From Mobula hypostoma (Eukaryota), in NCBI RefSeq assembly GCF_963921235.1, contig NC_086118.1, positions 14,880,001-14,944,000 of the forward strand: a stretch of DNA of 64,000 nt, given 5' to 3'. Shown one piece after another: positions 39,442 through 51,172 of the stretch. The position numbers and the translations under genes are program-made. The first letter of the stretch is position 1, and the number at the start of each line of letters is the position of its first letter. Under the pieces are notes generated by a model. That model saw only the letters and a list, made by a program, of their open reading frames with translations, made no database searches and was not told the DNA's origin.

Positions 39442-40073
39442 CAGTGGTCCCCAACCTCCGAGCCGCGGACTGATACCGGGCCGCGAAGTATGCAGGGGTG
39501 CAGCGGTAGCCGAAGCGCACCCAGCACATCTTTAAGAAAAAAGCCGAAATAAACAAGCTAATTAATTAGGTGCCACCCAGAAGCCAGTCTTCATTAAAGG
39601 AACTGAGGTGGAGAGGGTCAATAACTTTAAATTCCTCGGCATTAAGGATCGACGTTTCTCTCTCTGAAAAGTGTCACAGGATCTGTCCTGGGACCAGCAC
39701 GTAACTGTCATTACAAAGGAAGCACAGCAGCGCCTATACTTTATTAAAAGTTTGTGTAGATTCAGCATGTCACCTCGATCCTGACAGCCCTGTCTTTTCA
39801 GCCGGTCTGGGAGGGCGTTTAAATTGACCAAATAATGGAACAGCTAAAGGCTCCAGCGCCCTGGAAAAGGAGTGAACATCGCGTAGAGCAAATGAAATCG
39901 GCAATCGCCTCTGATCTGGGTTGACATTTACATGCTAGACGGCACCTAATTAATTAGCTTGTTTATTTCGGCTTTTTCCTTAAAGAGGTGCTGGGTGCAC
40001 TCCAGCTACCGCTGCACCCCTGCATACTTCGCGGATCGGTATCGGTCTGCAGCCCGGAGGTTGGGGACCACTG
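39442..40073. mobile_element. Non-autonomous hAT element with 133-bp TIRs
   Basis: TIRs 39442-39574 and 39941-40073 (CAGTGGTCCCCAACC..GGTTGGGGACCACTG); perfect 8-bp TSD ATATACAG at 39434-39441 and 40074-40081. Confidence 0.95.
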
Positions 40074-41480
40074 ATATACAGCACAAGGCACATATAGCAT
40101 ATATAAGATAGCAGTAAGTATACAGTCACACAAAATAAATATATAATGTACCCCAAATCCCTTAGTGTCATGACTCATAGATTGATGGAGCATGAATATT
40201 GTCAGTAAGAACAGCCCTCAGCAGACGAATGCACGCATGCATGAATGTAATTCAGCTTAATGAACACTAGAGGGCAGCACTGACAGGAGGCGCCTACCCC
40301 TCAATTCAGCCCAGATACCGCGCCACACCACCTCCACCGTCTTCTTTCATGGCGGCTGCAAAAGGAAACACCACAATATGAGGTCTAGCCCTTGGAACAC
40401 CAAGGCCACGCAGCTCCCCCACCATCAGTCTCGCCAATGAACCAGTGAACCAGACTTGCAGTATTCTATATTACCAAAGTCCAACAGGGTCTTGCGTTAA
40501 CAAGAAAAACATCCAAGATAATCACTCGCTGTTAGACTGCACACTGCTTTCATGCACTGGCCACAACGTCTTTCTGTGGCAAGCAGAAACACAGTTTGGC
40601 TGTTCCGCTTTCTCCACTAACAAGCAACTTGTTGATGGGGTAGATCCATAGTACCTGCAGTTCTTAATGTCCAGCAGTGCCTTGTGATGGTAAAAAAACA
40701 TAATAAAAGACAAAGACACTTCTGGTTGGCCTCGGGGAGGCTGCTGCATCTAAGCGCATTGCCACCTTACCAGAAACAGAGTTAATTTCTGACTTCTCTG
40801 CAATGTTCTTCTTTATGCTTGCTACATTTGACACTATTTCATTGACATATAAGAATGGATTACTGAGCCTAACAAAATCCCAATGCAATATCCTTCCAAT
40901 CACATATAGTCTCCAAGTAGCTTCCTGATACTGAGCCAATTTTGGATCAGAAAGATTTTGATTACTGAGTATTTACAGGTCAGTTTGCTGTAAGGGACAT
41001 CATCTTGTCTAAGAATTCATGAATTTTGTATCCTTAACTATCTTCCAGGTTGCAACTGTCCCAAAAAAAATCAGTTAGTGAGACATGGACTTCTCTAAGC
41101 AAAACCATCTTTATTCTCCTAACATAACCTTGATATTTCTGAATGATTGTTAACACTGTCTCACGTAGTGCTTTCTCCAGTCCCATTTCTGCCTATGATC
41201 TGGCCTGTAATTTTCTTGGTTTATTTCTTTGATGCAGCTATCCTCAGTTCTTTATTAGTAAACACTTTCATTTTGCATGCAAATACGGGACAAGGCCAGT
41301 TACCCAGGATAATAAATAGAACACCAAATGTACACCTTTAGCTGTATGAAATTTTCAGCAAGCTTCTCAAGGCTGGATCATCATTTGTGCAAAAAAATCT
41401 GTATCACATCATGGCAAGACAGCAACAATGATTAGGAATCCAGTAGGTAGGGGACAGATTGCTAGTGTTAGAAAATTATA

Positions 41481-41723
41481 CATCAAAGTTGCTGATGAAC
41501 ACAGCAGGCCAGGCAGCATCTCTAGGAAGAGGTACAGTCGACGTTTCTGGCCGAGACCCTTCGTCAGGACTAACTGAAAGAAGAGCTAGTAAGAGATTTG
41601 AAAGTGGGAGGGGGAGGGGAAGATCCAAAATGATAGGAGAAGACAGGAGGGGGAGGGATCCATCGAGCAACTTTTATGTGTCTTGTTTGAAATTCCAGCA
41701 TCTGCAGATTTCCTCGTGTTTGC
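41481..41723. mobile_element. Penelope-derived insertion with inversion and 14-bp TSD
   Basis: TSD GTTAGAAAATTATA at 41467-41480 and 41724-41737. 41481-41659 is in minus orientation (contains the hammerhead-like motif); ~41666-41723 is the plus-oriented 3' terminus. Confidence 0.88.
41536..41571 (-). ncRNA. Minimal type I hammerhead-ribozyme-like motif (Penelope-associated), intact core
   Basis: Minus strand AGTC-CTGACGA-A-GGGTCTCGGCCA-GAAAC-GTC-GACT: CUGANGA and GAAA boxes, NUH triplet GUC, stem I AGUC/GACU, stem II hairpin, palindromic ACGU in place of stem III. Confidence 0.6.
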
Positions 41724-41914
41724 GTTAGAAAATTATATATCACTTCCTTTGTTCCCGAGCAAAATACGCCAGAAATATTGTAATTTCTAATAATTGGAGG
41801 ATTGGGTAATTATGAACCAGTCAGAACCAAACAACCATAGAAACTCAACATCTTTCAGTGGGATGAACTAATCTTTTATACCATGGTAAAACCTTCAAGA
41901 AATGCAAATAAATC

Positions 41915-42330
41915 AGACCTCCTCCCCTTCACCATTCCCCTAATTTTATCTCATCTCCTTCCCTGCCCATCACTTCCCTCTGGTGCTCCTCCATCTTCCC
42001 TTTCTACCATGGTCTTCTATCCTCTCGATCAGATTCCCCCTCCTCCAGCCCTGTATCTCTTTCACCAATCATCTTTCCAGCTCGTTACTTCAAACCATCT
42101 CCCCTCCCGGTTTCACCTACCACCTTGTACTACTCCTTCCCCTCCCCCCACCTTCTTACTTTGACTTCTCCCTTTTCTTTCCAGCCCTGAAGGAGGATCT
42201 CGGCCCGAAACAGCAACTGTTCACTTTTTTTCCCCCCATAGACTCTGTGTGGTCTGCTGAGTTCCTCCAGCATTTTGGGTGTGTTGCTTTGGATTTCCAG
42301 CATCTGCAGATTTTCTTGGGCTTGTGAATA
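41915..42330 (+). mobile_element. Penelope-derived pseudo-LTR fragment (pyrimidine-rich, degenerate hammerhead-like motif at ~42187-42218)
   Basis: ctgaaggaggatctcggcccgaaac, followed by the shared terminus ..ctgctgagttcctccagcattttg..ttccagcatctgcag. Confidence 0.78.
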
Positions 42331-43799
42331 AACCACACTTGATCTCATTGATTTACGTACTATATCCTCAAAAAAATTAAGAGCGGAAAATTATATTTGA
42401 CAAATCATTTTATATAAATTTGTTAATATGCATCTAATACCTAATCTATATCAATTTTCTAAAAGTCCTGTTATCACATGTTTTCTAATAGCCACTTGCA
42501 TTTTCCTTCCTACAGATAATGGCGCAACTGGTCTGCATCTCCCTAGTTTCTCACCCTCTTTTTTCAAACATGAGGTTTTATGACTGAACCCATCCAGTAT
42601 GCAGAAACATAACCCACAGATTTTTAAAAGGTGACAACTGAAGCATCCACCATTTCCAAGGCTACCTGTGCTTGTATTTTGGGATCATGACAGCATGACA
42701 TCTCGGGCGTAATAGTAGCATTGCAGCTAGGCCGACGTCATTACAGCTCGGCGCATCCTGAAGTTCAGAGTTCAATTCTGGTGCCGTTCGGTAAGGTTAG
42801 TTGGTCAATGTAAATTGCCCCATGATTAGGTTAGGGTTAATCGGAGGTTGCTGGGGTAGCATGGCTCAAAAGGCCAGAAGGGCCTACTCCGCACTATCGC
42901 TAAATAAAGTAAAATGAAATATTCATGGATGTATATTGCTATTATTAGTGGATGAGTTATTTCAATTGTTTTACTGCTCTTAATTTTCTACATTCGTTTT
43001 TTTAAAATCTCTTCTTGGTTCTCTTTGATGCCTTCTTTTAACATAGAGTTTGAAATCACAGTATTAGATACTTGTCAGGTGGTAGGCAAGTAGTCTTGTT
43101 TACATGGACAGTCTCCATGGCAACCACTCAATCTAGGACTACAATCATGTTTCCCTTTGCTTTCTCAGCAGGGTTCTCAGTACATGGCATTTCCAGCTTT
43201 TGTAACAGCAGCAACTTGACCTCACTACTACCCCTGAGATCACTTTTCAAAACCACCGCAGGTGCAAATTAGTGGTGCATGACAAGGGTGGCAAGTTGAT
43301 TGTGTTGCTTTTCGAAACAGGAACCAAAATCATTTTGCTTCTGCAAATCCTGATGCTCAGATTACATAATCACAAGGGTGGATGGTTTCCATAGTAACAT
43401 GAAGGGACACAGGTAGCAGTCTGTTACCAACGTTACTGATCTATAAAAAGACCCATGACACATTTTCTAAGCTGTCATGCCAGAGTTGCCCATTTTGAGA
43501 GCATATTCCTTGAGATTTAATCTCCACCTCCACGTCCAATGCTGCCAAGCCTTCAGTGCAGACTTTGCTGGGCTATCACAAGCAGTTGTGCACTGAATTT
43601 CCCGCATTGTTCCCCCATTACATTTCCAGAGACACTGGGGACTGCGGATGCTGGAATCTGGAGCAACACAGAAAAAGCTGAAGGAACTCTGGATGTATGG
43701 AGGAAAATAGACAGTCAATGTTTTGGGATGATGCCCTTCATTCTTTGTACTAAAAAATAGAAGGGAGATTCAGATTCATTTATTTATCATCTGTTGCAA

Positions 43800-45252
43800 C
43801 GAAAAGCAAGATAGCGCCGACAAGCGGTGACTCTTTGCAAGCAGCTCCAATGGGAATCATCAAATTTTCCCATTTAGGAGCACTACAGCGGGGGTCCATA
43901 GTCACAACCATCAGTAGCAGCATCATTTTAAGATGTTAATAAAAAAATCTATTGATACTCAAATCTAGCGATGACAGCAGATCCTGGACTGAAGAGTCTG
44001 GTCATAAGTCCAATTCTCTTTAACAAAACAGTAGGGGGACGGTGCATTGGCCTATAGGTATGTTTGAAAGACAGAGGCTTCATATCCTACTCCTGACTAT
44101 CCTGCCAGGAAATGTACAGTCCTCGGAAAATAAAATTGAAGACCTCACAGCAAGAGTACAGTACCAAAGGGACATCAGGGACTGCTGAGTACTTGGTTTC
44201 ACAGAAGCATGGCTAACCCCCATTTCAGACACAGCACTGCAGCCCGATGGCTTCCCCATTTACCATGAAGACTGGTCAGTTCAGTCTTTTAAAGGTAAAG
44301 GAGGGGGAGTATATTTCACGATTAACTCATCGTGGTGCGATGACATTCCGTCTCAGTTCTGCTCACCCGACCAGGAACAGATAAGTTTCATCCAATTTAT
44401 CTGCTGAGGTAGTGGTGTACATTTCACCTCAGGCAAGCAATGGAGGAGCTAAGCATCATGATCAGCAGTCATAAAAAATTGCACCCCAATGCCATCAACC
44501 AGGCTGGCTTGAAAGAGTCCCTGAATAATTATCACATATATCATTTGTGGAACCAGAGTAGCCAACACACTGGACCACCATCAAGAGTGCTTACCATCCC
44601 ACACGCACACTTCAGGAAGTCTGATCACCTGGCTGTATTTCTACTCCCTGAGAATAGGCAGAGACTGAAGACCATAGCACCAGCAGAGAGGACCAAGAAG
44701 GTATGGACAAGGGAGGCAGAGGAGCACTTACAGGTTTGCTTTGGAATGGACAATATTTGGGGAATCATCTTCAAGCCTGAATCAATATGCCACAGTTGTC
44801 ACCAATTTCACTAAGATCTGTGTGGATGATTGTATGCCTTTAAGAACATACCAGACGTAACCAAACCAAAAGCCGTGGATGAACCAGGAGACTCAAAGTC
44901 TGCTGAGGGCTAGTTCTGTGGTATTCAAGAACGATGATTTAGAACTACACTAGAAGTCCAGGTACGAGCTATGGAAGGTTATTTTCAGGGTGAAAAAAAA
45001 CAATTCCAAATGAAGTTAGAGACAAAATCTGTCAACTCTGGCAGGATTTGTAGGTTATCACTTTCTACAAGATAAAAACCAGCATCATGAATGGTTGTGA
45101 TGCTTTACTCTCAGATGAGCTCAATGGCTTTTATGCACGCTTTGAAAGGGAGAATAAAACTACACTTCTGCAACCCCCTGCAGCATCTGGCAACACTGTG
45201 ATCTCTGGCTTGAAGGCCAATGTCAGAACATCTTTCATGATGGTGAACTCTC
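43800..45252 (+). mobile_element. Rex1/Babar LINE 5' part (APE endonuclease region), degenerate
   Basis: GNVQSSENKIEDL..QRDIRDC..GFTEAWL, KGGGV, HFRKSDHLAVFLLP, KPWMN motifs. Confidence 0.8.
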
Positions 45253-46539
45253 ACTAGGTGTCAGACCCTGCAAGTATTGCCACACATTCCAGAGCCAACC
45301 TAACATGATACGTATCTCTCCTGAACAACACAAGCAGCAACAGCAAAACAAGTCCATACCCCCATCTCACACACACCAGACAGCCCTCCTGCCCCAGGAC
45401 AGGCTGTCTTTGGCTTCCAGCCTCCAGAGGACTTGGACTCGCAGGCATTAGGTCCACGACTTTCCCAACAAACACAGACTCAGGCTTTGTACATTGTTCC
45501 TCAGCTCCCGGACTTCCCATTGACCTTCAGGGTTCAATTTTTGGTATCGACCTCAGGACACAGCGACCATGATGAATGACAACCCTGAACTTCCAGAGTT
45601 GAACTCTAGACTTGCTAATAACGAACCCGAAACACAGAATCTCGGATTTGGTCTCTCCGACTCATGTACCTATGATATCACAGTCACCCGTGCCTCCTGC
45701 CTGCATGGAACTCTGATCCCAGAACCTGCCCCTTCCCGACAACTAACCTATGAACCTCAAACACAATTAAGCCTGAGCTATGACCTTGACAGAGACTGCA
45801 ACTTGGTGCCACCTTGACCGAATGGCCAGTCTACAAGGAGCGCAGATGGAGCTAGCAATAGGTGGAGCCGGGTGAGAGGCATAAAGGCAGATGGATAAGG
45901 AGAGAGTGGGAACTAAGTGGGGAATGCTGAACTCTGCTGATGTCTTAGTTGTGCTCTACAGGAGGTCCAAAAGCAAAGCTAGAATTTGCCAGGATTCCCC
46001 GTCATCTTGGCAAGTTTGCTTCCAGATTTTCCACCAAGTTGAGCAAGATCTCCAAGCTGATGTGCTTGAGTAGGGCTGGAGCTACTCCCTTACAACTCCA
46101 GAGACAGATTTCTATTCTGACCTCGAGTGAGGTCTCCCTGCGACCACACGGCGTGTCTATGGGTGCACCCATTTCCCCCACATGTGGAACATGTAAAGTT
46201 CTACCCTAGAGTGTAGGTGAGTGATGGATTGGGGTGGGGGGCTGACGTGGATCTGCACTGAATAGCACAGGATTAGCGCAATTGTGTAAATGCATGCTTA
46301 ATGACCAGTAAGGACTCAGTGCAGAAGGGCCCATTTCCATGGGACCTTTAAGGCTTAAGGGAAGAAAAGATATGGTGCATTTTTCTTATATAAAAAGAAC
46401 TTGAACAATTGATAACTTTGTTGAGTGCATCAGTGTAACAGTGGTTGCAAGTTTCAATCCTGTTTTCACTGCTTAATTTGTGTTGCCTTCTCTCTCCAAA
46501 GTTTCTGAACAGTGGGAGACGTATATGATTTGTAAGTAT

Positions 46540-47399
46540 TGTTACGAGAATACACATAAAATTAAGATGTTTGCTGGCCTGGGCTAGCATCAGTGGCATC
46601 AGCAGTTGGTCTGCCACCTGCCCTCAGGGGAAGGAGAGATAAGGAACAATGGAGCAGCGTCTGGAGATGTGTAATGAAGGGATGTGGGAGGGAGAGCTGT
46701 CTGGAGCGGCTCCCCCCTTTGAACCCTGAACTGTTTGAAGTGATGGACAGGCGATACCCCAGCAGGGGGATAAAAAGGGACAGGTTCGCTAAGGCAGGAC
46801 ACACACGCCACCCGAGGTAACGAGACCCTGGAAGCGGTACGCTTCTCACGAGTGGGTGAGAAGTGCCAGACAACGACCAGGGTGGAAAGGTACGATCAGC
46901 GGGAACCCGGTGTGTGTCCGCCCTTGCCTGGGTGCCGGGTTCACTGCAGAGGATCGACCGCATCTGGAGGAGGGATCACAGTCGGTGACCTCAGGTGACA
47001 TCACCAAGGACCCGCCCAAATGCTGTTTGTGAGCCATCCCGCTGGTCTATGAGTGAAGCTGTGCTGAATGATGAGTTGTTCCTATTCTATGTCTCTCTTC
47101 CCCCACCTTGTCCATCGCCATGGCAACGATTACTGCGAACTGAACTACAAACTGGACTGAACTTTGAGTCATTTTGAAATTGGTCATTTACCCCTAGACA
47201 ACGATAGAGCTTGATTGATGCTGTTATCTTAATTCTGTGCACGTGTGTGGTTATCATTGTTGAACTGTTGCATTTATTATCCTTTCGATTAATGTGTTGC
47301 TTGTTTCTTTAATAAAACTTTCTTAGTTCTAGTACTCCAGACTCCAACTGAGTGATCCATTTCTGCTGGTTTGGCAACCCAGTTACGGGGTACGTAACA
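46540..47399 (+). mobile_element. Solo LTR (860 bp), probably Gypsy-type
   Basis: TGTTACG...CGTAACA terminal inverted repeat; 4-bp TSD GTAT (46536-46539, 47400-47403); TATA-like GATAAAAA at 46769; AATAAA at 47311. Confidence 0.9.
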
Positions 47400-47819
47400 G
47401 TATTCTATTTGCAGCTTAAATTAGTTAGCTGGAAGAATGCACAGCATAAGGAGAATGTGCTGACATGTAGGACTTTAAAACCAAAATAATTCAGCAATAA
47501 AGCAATGAGGAATCCTTATGCACATGATGAAGATGGTACCTTGTTTTCACAATTAATCTCAAGGTTCAAAGTACATTTATTATTGAACTATGTATGCAGC
47601 GCATGAGTCTGAGATTCCTCTTCTCCAGAGAGCCACAAAACAAAGAAAACCATGGAAGCCATTCAAAGAAAAACCATCAACCCCACCCCCACATGCAAAA
47701 AAAAACAAATCTTGCAAATGGCAACAAGAACATCAAATACCCTCCATGCTCAAGAAAAACAAATCTTGCAAATGGCAACAAGAACATCCAATAGTCCCTC
47801 AGCCACTGCCCTACTGAGT

Positions 47820-48640
47820 ATTGAAAGGCCCAGATAGAGAAGATGTAGGAAGGATGTTTCCTATAGTAGGTTCGTTTGTGACCGGAGAGCACAGCCTCAG
47901 ACTAGAGGGACCATAAGACATTAGGAACAGAATTAGGCCATTCAGCCCATTGAGTCTGTTCAGCCATTCCATCATGGCTGATTCTGGATCCCACTCAACC
48001 CCATACACCTGCCTTCTCACCATATCCTTTGATGCCCTGACCGATCAGGAAACAACCAACTTCCACCTTAAGTACACTCATGGACTTGGCAGGGCATTCC
48101 ACAGATTCACTACTCTCTGGCTAAAAAAACTTCTCCTTACCTCTGTTCTAAAAGGTCGACCCTCAATTTTGAGGCTGTGTCTTCACATCCCTCTCATACC
48201 TTCCTATCCAATTGCCGCCTCCCAGACCAGAGTCACAACGCACCCTCCCACCCCACTTATGAGGATGGAAGAGGAGGAAGTTTTTTTAGCCAGAGGGAAG
48301 TGAATCTCTGGAATTCATTACCAAAGGCAACTGTGGAGGCCAAGTCATTGAGTATACTTAAAACAGAGGTTTATAGGTTCTTTATTAATAATAATAATAA
48401 TAAATATTTCATTGATCCCAAGTGGAAAATTCTTTTGCTACAGCAGCAACCTTTAAAAACACTCTTAGTGTGTGCAGACTTAACTAATAATGAAGACATA
48501 ATAATAATACTATACACAATAATAATAGCCAGGGTGTCAAAGGTTATGGGGGGAAAGCAAGAGACAATAAATCAGCCAGAGCAGATTTTGATGGGCCAAA
48601 TTACTTAATTCTGCTCCTATGTCTTATAATCTCATGGTCT
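47820..48640. mobile_element. Nested cluster: plus-strand CR1 3' end interrupted by a minus-strand CR1 tail (~47912-48180) and a Rex1 tail (~48385-48525)
   Basis: The CR1 sequence resumes colinearly after each insert. Confidence 0.7.
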
Positions 48641-48665
48641 AAGTGTGAGCAATTTGAGATAATTT

Positions 48666-50181
48666 TCTCTTTCAATATTTATATTAATATTATATAAATT
48701 GCATGAATACAAATGCAAAATTCATAAGGATACAAAGGGGTCACAGTTTGAGGATAAAGGGGAAGCCCTTTAGGACTGAGATTAGGAAAAACTTCTTCAC
48801 ATAGAGAGTGGTGAATCTGTGGAATTCTCTGCCACAGGGAACAGTTGAGGCCAGTTCATTGACTATATTTAAGAGGGAGTTAGATATGGCCCTTGTGGCT
48901 ACGGGGATCAGGGGGTATGGAGGGAGGGCTGGTGCAGGATTCTGAGTTGGATGATCAGCCATGATCATAATAAATGGCGGTGCAAGCTCGAAGGGCCGAA
49001 TGGCCTACTCCTGCACCTATTTTCTATGTTTCTATGTTTCTATGAATTGCATTATATTTAAATCACAGTAGTATGATCACAGTATCCCATATTCCAGATC
49101 AATCGTGTAGGAAAAAAATTGAATTATGAAATGAAATAATATAAGATAATTGTATTTTATTAAAATTCATCTACCCCCACTACCAAAATGAGCTGGTTGG
49201 TAAAAAAAAGAGAAGAAAAAAAAAGAAATACCTTACCATAAATTATAATAATAATGGCTCAGATCCCTACTTTAATAACAGTTCAAAGATTATGAAAATA
49301 ACTCAAAGGGTCCTCATAACATTAGAAAATTATGTTTAGAATCAGAAATCGAACAACTAATCTTCTCTAGCTCAAGGCATAACATAACGTCAGATAGCCA
49401 TTGAACATGAGTGGGTAGGGCGGCCTCCTTCCACTTGAGCAAGGTCGCCCTCCTGGCCATAAGAGATATAAAGGCTAATATCCGCAAATTAGATGGCTTC
49501 AGTTTTGTTGCACTATCCTCGACAATATCAAACATGGCAGTCAAAGGATTGGGCTCAAAACTAATATTGAAGAGTACAGAGAAAGTTTGAAATACACCTT
49601 TCCAAAATTTTTCAAGGCTCAGACATGTCCAAAACATATGAATTATCCCTCTCAAGCACCATCTTTTTTAATTGTTTTTTTAAACCATCTTTAATTGACT
49701 TATCTTTCAAAGAATGGGATAGATTGGGTATTAATCGATTTCAGGATTTGTTTGATGGAGAGAATCTCTCTTCTTTTGTGCAACTTTCAATGAAATTTAA
49801 CCTTCCCAATACCCATTTTTTCAATATTTACAGATTAGAGATTTTTAAGATCTCAATTACATACATTTCCTACAAGTCCAGATAAGAATATAATAGATAC
49901 AATTTTTAATTTGAAACCCTTTGACAACGGTTCAATATCTTACATTTATGGTCTGCTGTTGGGACTGAAAAAGGCCTCTTAAGACAAAATTAAACGAGAC
50001 TGGGAAAAGGATTTACAGATTTTCATATCTGAAGAGAGCTGGAAGATTATTTTAAAACTGATTAATTTTTCATCATTATGTGCTCGTTATTCTTTATTAC
50101 AATTCAAAGTGGTACATAGAGTTCATATGTCTAAAGACAAGCTCTCTTGTTTCTACGCAGATATTTCCCCTTACTGTGATA
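48666..50181 (-). mobile_element. L1-clade LINE, 5'-truncated and 5'-inverted, with 10-bp TSD
   Basis: Minus part 48666-~49643: HMFWTC..LARRA-like..W, 3' UTR, A-rich end. Plus part ~49643-50181: FKPSLID..LLQFKVVHRVH..PYCD. TSD GAGATAATTT at 48656-48665 and 50182-50191. Confidence 0.85.
48731..49044 (+). mobile_element. Young CR1 3' end inserted in the L1 3' UTR
   Basis: GHSLRIKGKPFRTEIRKNFFT.RVVNLWNSLP; (TTTCTATG)3 tail. Confidence 0.9.
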
Positions 50182-50469
50182 GAGATAATTTACAAATACT
50201 TTTCTCCTCTAATGAAGAAAAACTACTTTTTTTAAAGCACAGCTCTTTTGCTGTTGGCTGATGTCCAGGCAGCATCTTCAAAGGAAAACAAACATCATAG
50301 TGGCTGAATAGAAACTAGAAAAGAGAAGAGTGTACATCCAGTTTTTGGACTTCGTGTTGGAACAAATGACAAGGACAAGAAATGGGAGAAGATTCTGTTA
50401 GAATGATATTAGGAGTAATATTCCACGTTAAAAAGCAGTACCATGAGAATGGTTATTACTAAATTATTT

Positions 50470-51172
50470 CAAAGTTCAAAGTAATTTTTTATTATCGATG
50501 TACATACTATATATGTTATCATATATAACTCAGAGATATATTTTCTTGTGGGCATACTCAAAAAATCCACAGAATAATAACCATAACAGAATCAAAGAAG
50601 GTCTGTCCAACTAGGGTGTTCAATCAGACAGCAGAAGACAAAAACTGTGCAAATGCAAAAAGAAGAAATAATTTTAATAAATATCGAAAATGTGAGATGA
50701 AGAGTCCTTGAGAGTGAATCTGTTGTGGGACTCAATGTTCCAATGTTGTGAGGAAATTTCAATGATTGGACAAATGAAGTAGAATGAAGTTATCCCCTTT
50801 GGTTCAAAAGCCTGATGGTTGAGGGGTAGTAATTGCTCCTGAACCTGGTGGTATGAGTCCTGAGGCTCTTGTATCTTCTTCCTGATGGCAGTGTGAGAAG
50901 AGAGCATGCCCTGGGTGGTTGGGGTCCCTGATGATGGATGCTTCTTTCCTGAGAAATTGTTTCACGTAGATGTGCTCAATGGTTGATAGAGCCTTACCTG
51001 GGATGGACAGGGCCATATCCACAACCTTTTGAAGGAATTCAAGGGCATTGGGCATTTCCATACCAGGCTGTGGTGCAGCCAGTCAATATACTCTCCACTA
51101 TGCATCTATAAATGTGTGTCAATCTCTAGAAACTCCTAAGGAAGTAAAGGCGCTGCCGTGCATTCTTCATAA
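50470..51172 (-). mobile_element. Rex1 LINE 3' fragment
   Basis: LQKVVDMALSI..ASIIRDPNHPGHALFS; (TTCAAAG)n tail. Confidence 0.8.

Noticed and set aside
39316-40193. Pair of similar ORFs on opposite strands (..QWSPTS..STSLRKKPK) as duplicated small genes
   Set aside because: They are translations of the two TIRs of the hAT element.
47695-47790. ~55-bp tandem duplication producing repeated peptides in several ORFs
   Set aside because: It lies in a Rex1-type 3' UTR fragment; a non-coding local duplication.
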